This document shows, piece by piece, positions 36,801 to 48,800 of a stretch of 64,000 nt of DNA (the first letter of the stretch is position 1; each line of letters starts with the position of its first letter). The DNA is from Perna viridis (Eukaryota): contig CM074523.1 in NCBI GenBank assembly GCA_037379345.1, positions 26,256,995-26,320,994 of the forward strand, written 5' to 3'. Made by a program: the position numbers and the translations under genes. The notes below the pieces were generated by a model. That model searched no databases. It was not told the origin of the DNA and saw only the letters and a program-made list of their open reading frames with translations.

Positions 36801-39800
36801 GGCTAGATAGGATAGGTAAATGGTTGTCCACTAAATAAAACAAATGTCAGTGTACCAGATACTGTAAATATATCTTATTTACTTTTTCCTGATTTTTGAA
36901 TAGAATATTTTAATTTTGAATCAAATTAAAGGCTACTTTCACTTTGAATTCACTTCCCTGACCCATTTCTGCGGGCCCGTCAGATACTTATTCTGGTTTG
37001 ATTGAACCGCTATCATTAGCCTTGCATAAATGCTTGGTATTGGCTACCTAATCAGAACTTGACTGCTTAAAAAGCTTGCCTCAGTTCTGAAATATTTGTA
37101 ACAGAACACTCACTGACCAATTTTCAGGCCAACAGAAAGCATTGAACTAATTATTGTACAGTGATTAATTTTCCTCAAATGCCTATTTTGGCCTATTTTA
37201 GCAGTCTATCCAAAAAATGCCAAAATAAATTCCATGAAATATTCACTCTTGGCATAAGTAGCTAATGAACCATCAACATCTACAAAAATTAGAAACACCA
37301 AAATATTTATTATTAAACCAAAAATTAAGTTACCATTGCCTAAAAATTGCCTAATTTTACACCTGCCATTTGGTATCAGTTATTGAGCTCCTACTTACCA
37401 TTCTATATATAACATACGATTGAGACAGTCCTCCCCGCAGGCCTCAACACCAAACCTCTTCTCATCATCAGTAATAGAACAGTCACATAACATCCTCTTC
37501 ATCTTTTTACTCAATTTTCTACAACAATTCATTTCAAGTATATACCTTTTAACTACAGTCTTATCAATTGCATTTTAATGTCAATACTAATTTATTTGCT
37601 TTCACCTGCAGCATTCCGATTCACACTTTATCTATGAAAGACCAATGAATTATGACAAGTGTAAATATGCATTACAAGATACACTTTCATTCCAGATCTG
37701 TAAAACTTAAAAAAAATACCATGCCATAATGTTGACCACGTGTTATATATACCAGAAGCAATCATGGACTTTGTGATTTTCCACATTTAATTAATAGATT
37801 TTAATCTGTGATGGATAATTTGCTGTCAAAATTGTATTTATTACAGAGACTTGCCCTTTTTGTTGGTAAAATGTTAATTTTGTGCAAAATTTAGCAAATT
37901 TCAACCTAAAACCCTCCTTTTGAAGATCTCTGAATTTCCACCTGACAAACTACAAAGTTCCCTTACCTTTCACTAAGATATAAGTTTTCCAGTACAGGTT
38001 CAAATTGAGGAGGTTTGCTAGGGTCTTTCTCTTCCTCAGGCTCCTTGACTTTCTCTGCCTCTTTCGGCTTCTCTATTTTAAGTGGAGACTCAGATTCTTT
38101 GGTTTTGTCTTTCTTGTCCCGTTTCTGTGGTGTTGATACCTCCTTCTTTGTAGTTTTTGGTGGTGTTTTCACCACCTCAGGAGTGATTATGAGATCTGAT
38201 GAAGGGTCCCATGCATCATACACCACAGGCTTAGAGTCTGCTGAAGTCAGCTCTTTAAGGGGTGAACCTTCTGAACCAGAAGATGCTGTCACATCAGTAG
38301 CATTACTATCAGGACTCTGGGTGGCTGGAGCTTCAAAGTCACTTAATCGTCGCCATCGAGATTTAACTTTTTCAGGTCTTGGTGAAGCAGAGGGAGGTGG
38401 AGATTGTAGATCAACATCTTTCTTGTCCTGTTTCATGCCAAGTTTGATTGGGAGCCCTGTCTGGGATGATGGAGGAGGGTGTTTAGGCAGCTCCAATTCT
38501 GGTGTTGGTGTTGTATTTCCTGATTCTGCAGGGTCCTCAAGTAATGGGATCTTTTTAGGTTTTTCCTCAGTATCCGACAGAAGAGAACTACTAACCACAT
38601 TTTCGGGAGGCATAACAAGAGACAACCCCTTCTGCTTAATCTTAAACCCTTTAAGGGCCATCAGTGGCTTAGAGAGAGGCTTCTCTGGCAGTAGTCTTCC
38701 TTCATCAATCCTGAAAGTTTCTGGTTGGATGGCTCCTTGGTAGGGCAATTCTGGTAGTTGTAGATCCTGTGAGGAAGAAGTTACTACAACAGGTGACTCA
38801 GTAGCCCTTGATTGACTTGGTGATTGGCCTGCCTCTTGTGGAGAAGCTGTCACAGGTATCTTCTGCTGTGCAAGTGCCATTACTGGAGGCTGAAGTTTCT
38901 GTACAGGGATTTCAGGCTTGGCAACTGCAGGTTTGAATGTTGGAACATTCTGTTGAGTTGGCATTGGGAATGGCAGCCTTGTTCCCTGCAACCCTCCAAC
39001 TTTAGGTGAAGAATCAGTTGGTTTCACAAGAGGTCTCTCTCCAATCAATGGTGATTGTTGAATAGCACCTTGATTATATTCTGGGGGTATCTGGTATTGT
39101 CCCTGGTGCATGGCTTGGTCCTGAGAATATCGTGCCTGTGGAGTTGGTAATAACCCAGCTGATCCATGCTGTGCTTGACCTTGTTGCTGTGCTCCGTATA
39201 CAGTTTGGTCTACTCCATACATTTGACTCTGTGACCCATAACCTTGGCCATAAAGATTCTGATTTGGTTGTTGGTACTGTGGCATTTGGCCTGCACTGGG
39301 TACTTGCTGTGGTGGCATTCCTCCCATCTGTGATTGGGTTGCTTGTATTCCTTGTGCTTGGGGCATACCTGGTGGTACTCCATGACCTGGAACTGATTGT
39401 TGAGGTATTCCTGGTGCCACTTGTTGGGGTGGCATGCCTGGTACCACTTGCTGGGGTGGCATACCTTGCCCAGTTTGATGTGGTGGCATTCCTGGCCCAG
39501 CTTGATGAGGCATTGCTTGACCAACTTGCTGTGGCAGTAGACCTGGTGTTGGGCCAGCTGGTTGTTGACCATATCCTACATCTGCTGCTGGCATTCCCTG
39601 GTATCCTTGGATTGGATAATAATTTCCATATGCATCTTGATAATATCCTGGTGTAGAGGAAGTCTGCTGGACTCCTGTAGCACTTGTAGAACTGCTAGCA
39701 GATTGGGTCTTTGATTTCTTAGGTTTCTCTGTTGCCATTCTGATCCACTCTTCTGTAAGTTTGTCCACTTCACCTTTAGAAGAGTCCAGAAAGGAGTCTT

Positions 39801-42800
39801 TGTCTTGCCTTGACCTTGAAGATGATCTTGAATTGTCACTATCATCACTGCTGTATCTCCTTCGATCTTTTCTACTTCTCTTACTTTTTCTTCCACGCTC
39901 TCGGCTTCTACTGCGTTCACGACTACGTCTCCTGAAAGACTTTTCTCTACTACGGTCTCGACTTCTACTACGACTTTGGTCTCTACTCCTCCTTCTATCT
40001 GGACTTCTGCTTCGACTTCTACTGTAACTTCTATCTCTGCTATCATGGTAACGATCTTTCTTGAACCTTTTTCTATCATATCTGTTACGACTATCATATC
40101 GATCCCGACCTCTGCTTTCATATCGATCTCTGTCTCTGTTGTCATATCTATCCTCATCTCGTCTCTTCCTGTCTCGTCGTTTGTCCGAGCCTCTGTCTCT
40201 GTAATCATCACGGTCTCTATCTCTGGAATAACGATCATCATAATCTTTGTCCCTCGAGTAACGATCTGATTCCTTCTCTTTATACTTATTAGATTCTCGA
40301 TACTTGCTTTCTTCATATCTATCTTTATAAGATTCTCTTTCCCAACCTTCTTTCTTGCTTCTTGGCTTGTCAAGATCCAATGTTTTCAGCTCTTTGTCTA
40401 CACTGCGGAATTTTTCAATCATTTTGATAGCCTCCTCATTCTTTGTATCAATTCCTTTGAACTGCTCCAAAAGTTTAAGTGCCTCTTCTGTCTGCTTTTT
40501 CTTTACTTTCTCTTCAGCATGTTCTGGCTCTGTTGGTTTGTCTTCAGGTTCATCATTTTCAGACTTTGTCTTTGAGGAACCATAGTTAATCATGGCTTTG
40601 CCCCGTGCAGTAATGATACTTTCTATGACCTGACCTTGACCTTCCTCAGCAGATTCAACCTCAGACGAGCTAACTTGTTCAGTCTTTTTACCTTTGCCTG
40701 AGACAACGGTTTGGATTGCCATACCAATATCTTTTCTCTCCTCAACCTCTGACAATATTTCTCCTTCCTCCACTGTAGGAGAGGGTTTGCTAGGATTAAA
40801 TTCTGCTTTAGGTCGTCCCAAGGGTGAAAATTTACCAAATCCTCCATCAATGGCAGGTTTCAATGGTTCTAATGGATGTTTTGTCTCTGATAATGGAAGC
40901 TGCAGTTGTTTGCTGGTGAGCAGACTTGTTCTTGGTTCAGCTTCAGTGATGTTTTCATCAGGAGCTACTTCTATCATGCCACTTGGCTCTGGCTGATTAA
41001 TTGTATCTTCTGAACTTGATACCATGCTTTCTGATTCAGTGCTTTCTTCATCCTTCCTCTGTAGACTTTTATCCTGATTTTTATAACTATCAACTATTTC
41101 TGCTTCCAAATTCTTAGGTTCATTTTTCAACTCCTGAATGTTAACTGCTGAGGTGATATTAGATTCATCTGCCTCTTCTAATAATTCAGGTTTCTTCTTG
41201 CCAACCAGCTTTTCAGCAAAATCTTCATCATCGTCAGCCCATAATTTCCCAGCTTTTTCCGGTTTTCTCAATCCAAATTTGATTGGTTGCCCTTTCTGGA
41301 TGACCTGTATGGAGGTTTTTGGTTTTAGCACTATACCACTTTGTCTTGGAATATTTTCGCCAAGATCTGACAATGAAGGTTCATGTTTTACAGAAGACGA
41401 ATGCGTAGAATCCGCATCCACTTTACTAACAGTTTCTATTTTCTCAAGTGGTTTTGTTTGGGATTTCTTTTTCACAGATGTATCTTCCACCAGATCAGTT
41501 GGCTCCATGGGGTCATTAAGATTTTGGCTACCTGTAGTTGCTTTCTCCCCAGGAAGCGGTATGTTGAGCAAAGGACCTACAGCCAAACCTGAAGTTAGAC
41601 CTGGTAATGGTATTTCATCTGCAGGAACAAGATGTACTTTCTTTTTTTCTGTCGGTGCAGGAGATTTAACATTACTTAGAGTGGATTGACCTGGTAATGG
41701 TATTTCAACAGTAGAAACAGACAGAGTACTTTTTCTGTCTGCTGAAACAGGAGATTGGATATTACTTGGAGCAGCTTGGCCCAGGAAAAGTACTTCAGCA
41801 GCAGGTCCAGACAGTACTTTATGTTTATCCCCAGCACCTGGATGTATAGCACTTACTGTTTCTTTACTTGGTAATGGTATACCAACAGCAGGGATGGGTT
41901 GACTTTGAATTCTCTCATGTTCACCAGCAAGACCAATGGGTACTTTGACGCCACTGGAATGACCCAAGACAGCTGAAACTGGTTCTATTTTTACCTCGAT
42001 TTCAGGAGGAGGTACCATCTGCGGTGCAGAACCGATACTAAGTGAACTAGATATTTTAGTGACCAATTCTGGTTTATCACTTTCAGCCACAGATGGAACT
42101 TGAACGGGCTCATCATCTGTTGGCATCATGGGATCATACAAATCATCTGCAGTCGGTTCTAGAGGGTCGTAAAGGTCAGCTTCAGGTGGCTCATTCTGAC
42201 TAACTTCTTTAACCTGACTGATTTCCATGTTATCCATTTTTGGTATGGCTACAACTTCTGGTACCGGAACAGGGCTTAGACTTTGTTCTTGGTCTTTAAC
42301 AGCAGTTGGCAGAGGAACGTTTGCATGATCTATAAGTGTCTCCCACCTGGACTTTCTGCCTTTTGACATGGTAACTACCCTGTCTGTAGATTCAACTCCA
42401 GCAACTGGCTGAGGAACAGGAGAATTTTCTTCATGCTTTACCCCAGTATCTACACATATTACACCAGCTCCTTGAAATCCCAACTCTGAAGCAGTGATCA
42501 CTGGAGGTATAGCAGGTAGTTCCTTATCATTAATGCTACGGTTTTCATCATTCTTCACCACTGGCTCATTAGAGACATTAAGTCCTCCAACAGCTGTTAG
42601 GTTTCTACTGCTTTGTTGAATGTTAAGTTCAGCATTTTCAATAGCAGCTGGTTCTTTGTCTGATGTCTCAGCTGCAAGCAAGTTTGATTCTTCAGGTGTG
42701 TCCCATCTACTCTTTCCACTTCTTCTGTCTTTCTTAACCTTTCCTCTATCAGTTTTGAGCATTTCTGCGGGTTCATTGTCAGTGGAACTGACATTAGATT

Positions 42801-45800
42801 TGTCATCAGTGCTGTCTCCTCTTACAGTATTTTCAGCTGATGATTTGAAGTTTGATGTAGGAACTACATCAATCATCTTCTTGGGAGATTGTTTTAACCT
42901 CTGCAAACCATCATCATTGCTTGGCTCTTGTTCCAATTCCATTTCTCCACTTGCAACCTCAACTTCAGGGGTTTCTTCTTTTTTACCTGCGAGTTTCTCA
43001 GCAAAATCAAAATCATCTTCATCATCTGTCCATATTTTACCAGTGTTTCCTGTCTTTGGTAGACCAAATTTGATTGGCTGCCTCCTATCATCAGGCAATT
43101 TTCTTGAGCGAAAGGGAAAGGTTGTTCTAGGCAGCATGGACTGTTGTGCTTGAGTTGTCTTCCCTTGAGATCTGATAGGGTATTCCTTTCTTGAAGGTTC
43201 AGCACTTTGAGATTCCATTGAAGCATCTTTGGTTGAAGAAGTCAATGCTAAATTTCCACCTTTTGTATCAGATGGAACAACCTGCTTTTTATGATCATCT
43301 TGGCTAGCATCTGAAATTGAAGATTCTGGTTGGCTAGACACTACAGAAGGCAATTCCCCAGGTAGAACAATGTCTTCTAATCGAACAGAGCAAGTCATTG
43401 TTGATTTTACAGCCAATTTCTGAGCTTTCTTCTTTGGACTTGTAGGACTGACTGCTTCATTGAAGATCTTTATCTTGATGCCTTCACCTGGAAGAGCTAC
43501 ACTTGACAAGTCAACTGAAAGCGAACCAGGCTTGGAATCACTTTCCTTTTCCACATCTTCTCTGTTGGATTTCTTGTGACGTTTTGATAACTGTCTTTCT
43601 ATTGGTACCTCAGGAGTTTTTTGGTCCACAAAACCTTCAGCAGATCTTGATGACCTGGTTCTCCTTCTTGCTGCCTGTCTTTCTTCTCCTACAGAAGAAT
43701 CTGGAGCATCCTCAGATTTCCTTAATTGTTTAATTCTGGCTGGTTTTGGACTAACCTCTTTAACATCTGAGCCTCTAGACCTGAGGGACCACCTGGATGT
43801 GACATTAGATTGAGATTCTTTGACAAAATCTGTTGATTCCGTCTTTTTGGTCTCTCTTTCATCCTGGTAGTTCTCATCATCCATTTGTTTTACACCCTTA
43901 TGAGTTTCATCACCAGAAATTCTGTCCCTTCCAGTCTTCTTCTCTAGACTTTCTCTATCTGCTCTTTCTTGATTTCCACTTTCAAATCTTTCTTCGTCTT
44001 CATCAGTTTTTCTCTCGTCATATTCAGAAGAACTTCTATGCTTCTTCTTCTTTTTCTTGGATTTTTTGCTTTTCTTCTTTCCATGTTCTTTTGTTGATAA
44101 CTGTGCATTGTCATCACTGGTCTGGTAAGATAAGTGCCCACTAACAAGGTCTGACTGAGAATCCAAAGAAACAGCTGGATTTGTTCTCTTTTCTACATAC
44201 TGTTTAAATTCTGCCACGCCAGCCTTAACCATTCCTTTTTCCTTCCCTTCTAGTTGGTCAATACCATCAGTGTCTTTCTCGGATGTCTGACCTTCACTTG
44301 TCATTGTGTCAGTGTCAGTAATCAGACTTTCAGCTTCACTAACAGATGAGTTGATTGCAGCCTGTTGACCATCCTCTATACCACTGATTATCTTTTTTTC
44401 TTGAGGTAAGTTAGTGTCTATTTTCTCTTCTATTTGCCCACCAGATGTTGATCTTTCAGGAGAGATTGATGTCTCTGGTTTATCATCAGTCTCCTTGGAC
44501 TTTACATGAATCCCATACCTTGTTCGCTTGTACTGTAGTTTTATCGCATCATTAGTAGGATCAGATTTTGCTTCATCTTGTTTAGAATCTCCTCTGATAT
44601 TTGAATCTTGCATGTTATCAGCAGTTGCTGTAGACTTCTTCCCCTCAATTTGACTCATCATATTCTGGAATACTTGATCAGCCAGATTCTGACTTGCGTT
44701 CACATCTTGCATTGATTTAGCTTCTTCGGGCATTGATTTAAATTCTCTTGTCTCTGAATCAGTGCTGTGAATTTTTGGTTTAGTCTTGCCTTCCTCTTCA
44801 TCTGACTCTTCAGATGATTCATAATCAGCTATGATACTAAGTTTAGGACCCCGAGTGGATACGATTAGAGGAGTTTCATCCAACTCAGTCTTAGGTTCTG
44901 GAATATCAATATATTTAGTTGATTTCTGTGTTACTTTTAACCCTTGTCCAACTTGTTCTGTCAATTCAATTTCACTATATTTATTGTCATCAGTTTTGTC
45001 ATTCTTAGTGCTACCTGTTTCTGTGGAGGTTTTTCTTTTGTCCTCTAAAGTTTGAACTGATGATTTTTCAATATCACTACTTGAAGAATCAGAGTGAGCA
45101 TCACTTGCACTAGATTTGCTTTGAACAGGTAATCGTTGAAGCTTTGGTCGTCTCCGAGTTGGTTTGTCTTCACTTTCCCCTTTATCGTAAACATAATCTG
45201 TTTCCTTGTTCTTGTCAAATACTGTCTCTTCATGGATATCATCATCTATAGGAGCATTATCCTCTTGACTACGATTTTCATTGTCATGGTCAGAGCCTGG
45301 GGGATCTGCCAGTTCCTTCTTCTTTGTTGGATCTGAATTATAGAAGTCATCTTTCCTCTTTTCTTTGTCATTTTCAGATTTTTCATCATTATCTTGATCA
45401 ACATCATCTACCTTGTGGTTGCCCTTCTCCATTTCAAAGACCTTAGGGAAGTCTTTCTCCATTGAAGCACTTTTGTGTTTTTTGTCAGTGTAATGATGAA
45501 TTTCATCTAGCTTATGATCAGGAGGTCTCCAGTAGCGTTCAGCCCTGGTATTGTAAGGTTGTTCTTCAGGAGAAGATTGTCTCCTGTATCTTGGAGATTG
45601 AGATCTCCTTCTATCTAACTCCTCCATTTCGGGAGACCTGTATGACCTTCTGTACCTCCCATGCTCTTCACTCTCCTCTGATGGGGATCTTTTAGATTTC
45701 TTGGATTTTTTCTTAGACTCTCTGCTGACTGGTGACCTTGACCTATTTTTCTTCTTTTTTTTTGATTTCTTTTCGTAAACTTCATCCTCTTCACTTCCGC

Positions 45801-48800
45801 TATGATTAGGAGAATAATAAGACTGCCTAATATCTGGAGGACTCTGGGACCTTGGATCTGTCTGCCATTTACCATTCTTCTCAGGCTGACCTGTAACATT
45901 TTTCTTTGGGTTCTTGTTGAGATAGTAGTCCAGCTCATCTACTGGGTCAACGTATGATTTTTCAGATGAAGCCTTTGATCCTTGGTAATAACCTTCATAA
46001 CTTTCATATTCACTGGTTTTTGAGGGATCAAGCTTTTCTTTCTTTTTTGGACTTTCTTCATAATCAACAGGCAAGTCAGGCCATTCCCTCTTCCTATCTA
46101 TTTCCTGGTAATCACCTTTACCCCTTGGTTTAGATTCATACTGAGATCTTTTCCTCTCATGTTCTTCTCCTCCCCTATCTGGGAATGCTTCTGCTCCCCG
46201 TTCTACAAAGTCTCCTGATTGTCTCCTATCTCCATATTCACCAGGTCTCCTTTCCCCATATTCCCGTCGCTTTTCATCAATATCATATTCACTAGGTCTT
46301 CTTTCATCAGGATCAACAGGTCTTCTCTCTCCATAATCTCCCTGTCTCCTTTCTCCATACTCTCCTGACCTTCTCTCCTCAGCTGCTCTCCTGTCTCCAT
46401 ACTCTGGTCTCCTACTTTCATATTCAGCAGGCCTTCTCTCCCTATATTCCCTATCCCTTGTTCTTCTATCATCATAATCTTCAGGTCTCTTCATTTCATA
46501 CTCAACTGGTTTCCTGTCATAACCTTCTGGTCTCCTATCCCCATAGTCCTTTTTCGGGCGGACGACAGGCTCTTCTCCATCATCGTAGTCTCTTCTTCTA
46601 TCTCCTTCTCTGCCTCTTCTAGGATCACTTCTACTTGACTTGTACCTTTCTTCATACTCTGGTTCATCAACCGAACTACGATCCGAGTACTTAGCTCTAG
46701 TTTCCCTTTTTCTTTCTGGTTCAGGTTTGATTTTCGTTCTTTCATCATCAGAGCTATCAGGTCTTTCAAACCTTGAATCAGACCTTCTATCTTCTCTTAC
46801 TCTCAAATCTATCTGTTCCCTTGGCAAATCATCATCGAAGTAACTTTTAGATTCTTTTGAGTACCGTCGATCATCATCACTAACCCTCTTACTAGGAACC
46901 CCTCGATTGTCTCCATCGTAATCTGAATCTATTTGTGGATCTTTTGTCCTTGTCCACTTTTCCTCTGTTCTATATGACTGCCCAATTTCTTCCCTCATTC
47001 CTCTCAATGGTTCATCATAGTCATTTCTACGAGACTTATACTCCTTCTGGTACTTCTCAACAGATTTCATGTATCGATCAGGAATTGGTTGTTTCACTTG
47101 ATCATCGTATCCTCTCTCAGTATATTCCGGGATCATTTGTCTAGCCTCATCGTCTTTCCTCTGTCTTTGATCTCGCTTCCTGTATTCCTCAGACTGGGAG
47201 GATTTATAACTCTGTCTGTCCTCTGATTTATAACTCTGTCTGTCCTCAGACCTCTCCCGGTCATCACTTCTTCCAACTTCTTTGCCCTTAGTTTTTTTTT
47301 TCATTGTTCTCTGCTTCTCCAAACTTTCTTCAATGCTTTTGAGTTCCATTAGCAGCTTTTCTCGTTTTTCTTTCTTGATTCTTTCATCTTCAGGAGTGCC
47401 AGCAGATGACCTCTCACTGTCAGATTCATCTGAGGAGCTTGAATCTGAACTTGAGGATGAGGAACTTGAGGAGTCTCTTCTTGATTTAGATCTTTTCTCC
47501 TCTTGGAGATGTTTCTCTTGTTTACGCTCAAGACTTCTCCTTCTGGGCTCTACTTCTCTGGGAGGTGGTGAAATGGCTTTAGATTTCTCCACTGGTCTTG
47601 ATGGATATTTAGCAGATCTTGGGCTTGGTGACATTTCTCTTGTTTTAGACTTAAAATCGGGACTGGAATCCTGCTCTCTTGGTCTAGAAGTTCTGAAGTC
47701 AGATGATCTCCTTTCTGTGGGGTATTGTTGCCGTCTAAAGTCAGTAGGGTCTGGACTAGGAGAATGGTTCCTCTGTTTGGAAGAAAGGTATTCATCTCTT
47801 TTAGGACTTGGTGTTCTTTGCCTTTGCTTGACTGATCTATGATCGGAGAGACCATAATCTCTTCCTCTACCAGATTTAAAGTCTTCTTGTAAAGGAGGTG
47901 ATAAATCATGCCTGTTTCCTGATCTGAAATCAGACTCTCTTGGTATTTCTTGTTGTCTTTGTTTAAAATAAGTCTCTTCTGGAGTCTTTCTGGGCCGTCT
48001 GTCTTCAGGGCTTCTAGAATATTCCTGACCTCGTCCTCTGTATTCATCTGGGCAAGGTGATCTATCCTTAGCCTTCCTGTTTCTGGGACTTTCTGATCTT
48101 TCCTTTTGCTGACCTCTATAATTTCTTGACCTCGGACTTTGGGACCTATCTCTCTGTCTTGATTTATAGTCTGATCTAGGACTTGGAGACCTTTCTTGTC
48201 TACGATTCCTGGATCCCCTACTATAAGGACTACTGCTACGATCACGCCTTCTATAATCAGCTTCTCTGCGGCTGTCACTATATCTTGGGCTTGGAGAACG
48301 ACGAGCCCTCCTCTGTCGATCATCGTAATCTTTTCTCCTCGGACTTGGTGATCTCCTTGTTTTTTTACTGGAGTACTTCTCATATGACCTTGATCTAGAC
48401 CTTCTATCCCTACGATCACGGGAATCTCTATCTCTACGTTCGGGAGACTTGGATTTCTGCCGCTCCTTTGATGACCTATACTGTCTAGATTTTGAACTTT
48501 CAGATTCAGCACTAGGTGATCTTCTAGATTTACTAGACCTGTCATCATCTCTTCTCCTTTCTGGGGACACTGCAGGCTTCTTCTCCTCGATTTCTTTCAC
48601 ATTTTCTTTTTCTTTCATGTCTTCTTTTATTTCATCAGATTTAGACTTTTTCTTTTCTGGTTCAACATCATCATAAAGACCCTTTAATTTTTCTTCAGAA
48701 GATTCAGCAGACTTAGCAGTAGGTATCGCACCGTTAGCTTCAGGATGAACTGCAGTTACTTCACTCTCATCTGAATTATCCTTTTTCAGACTTTCTACAG

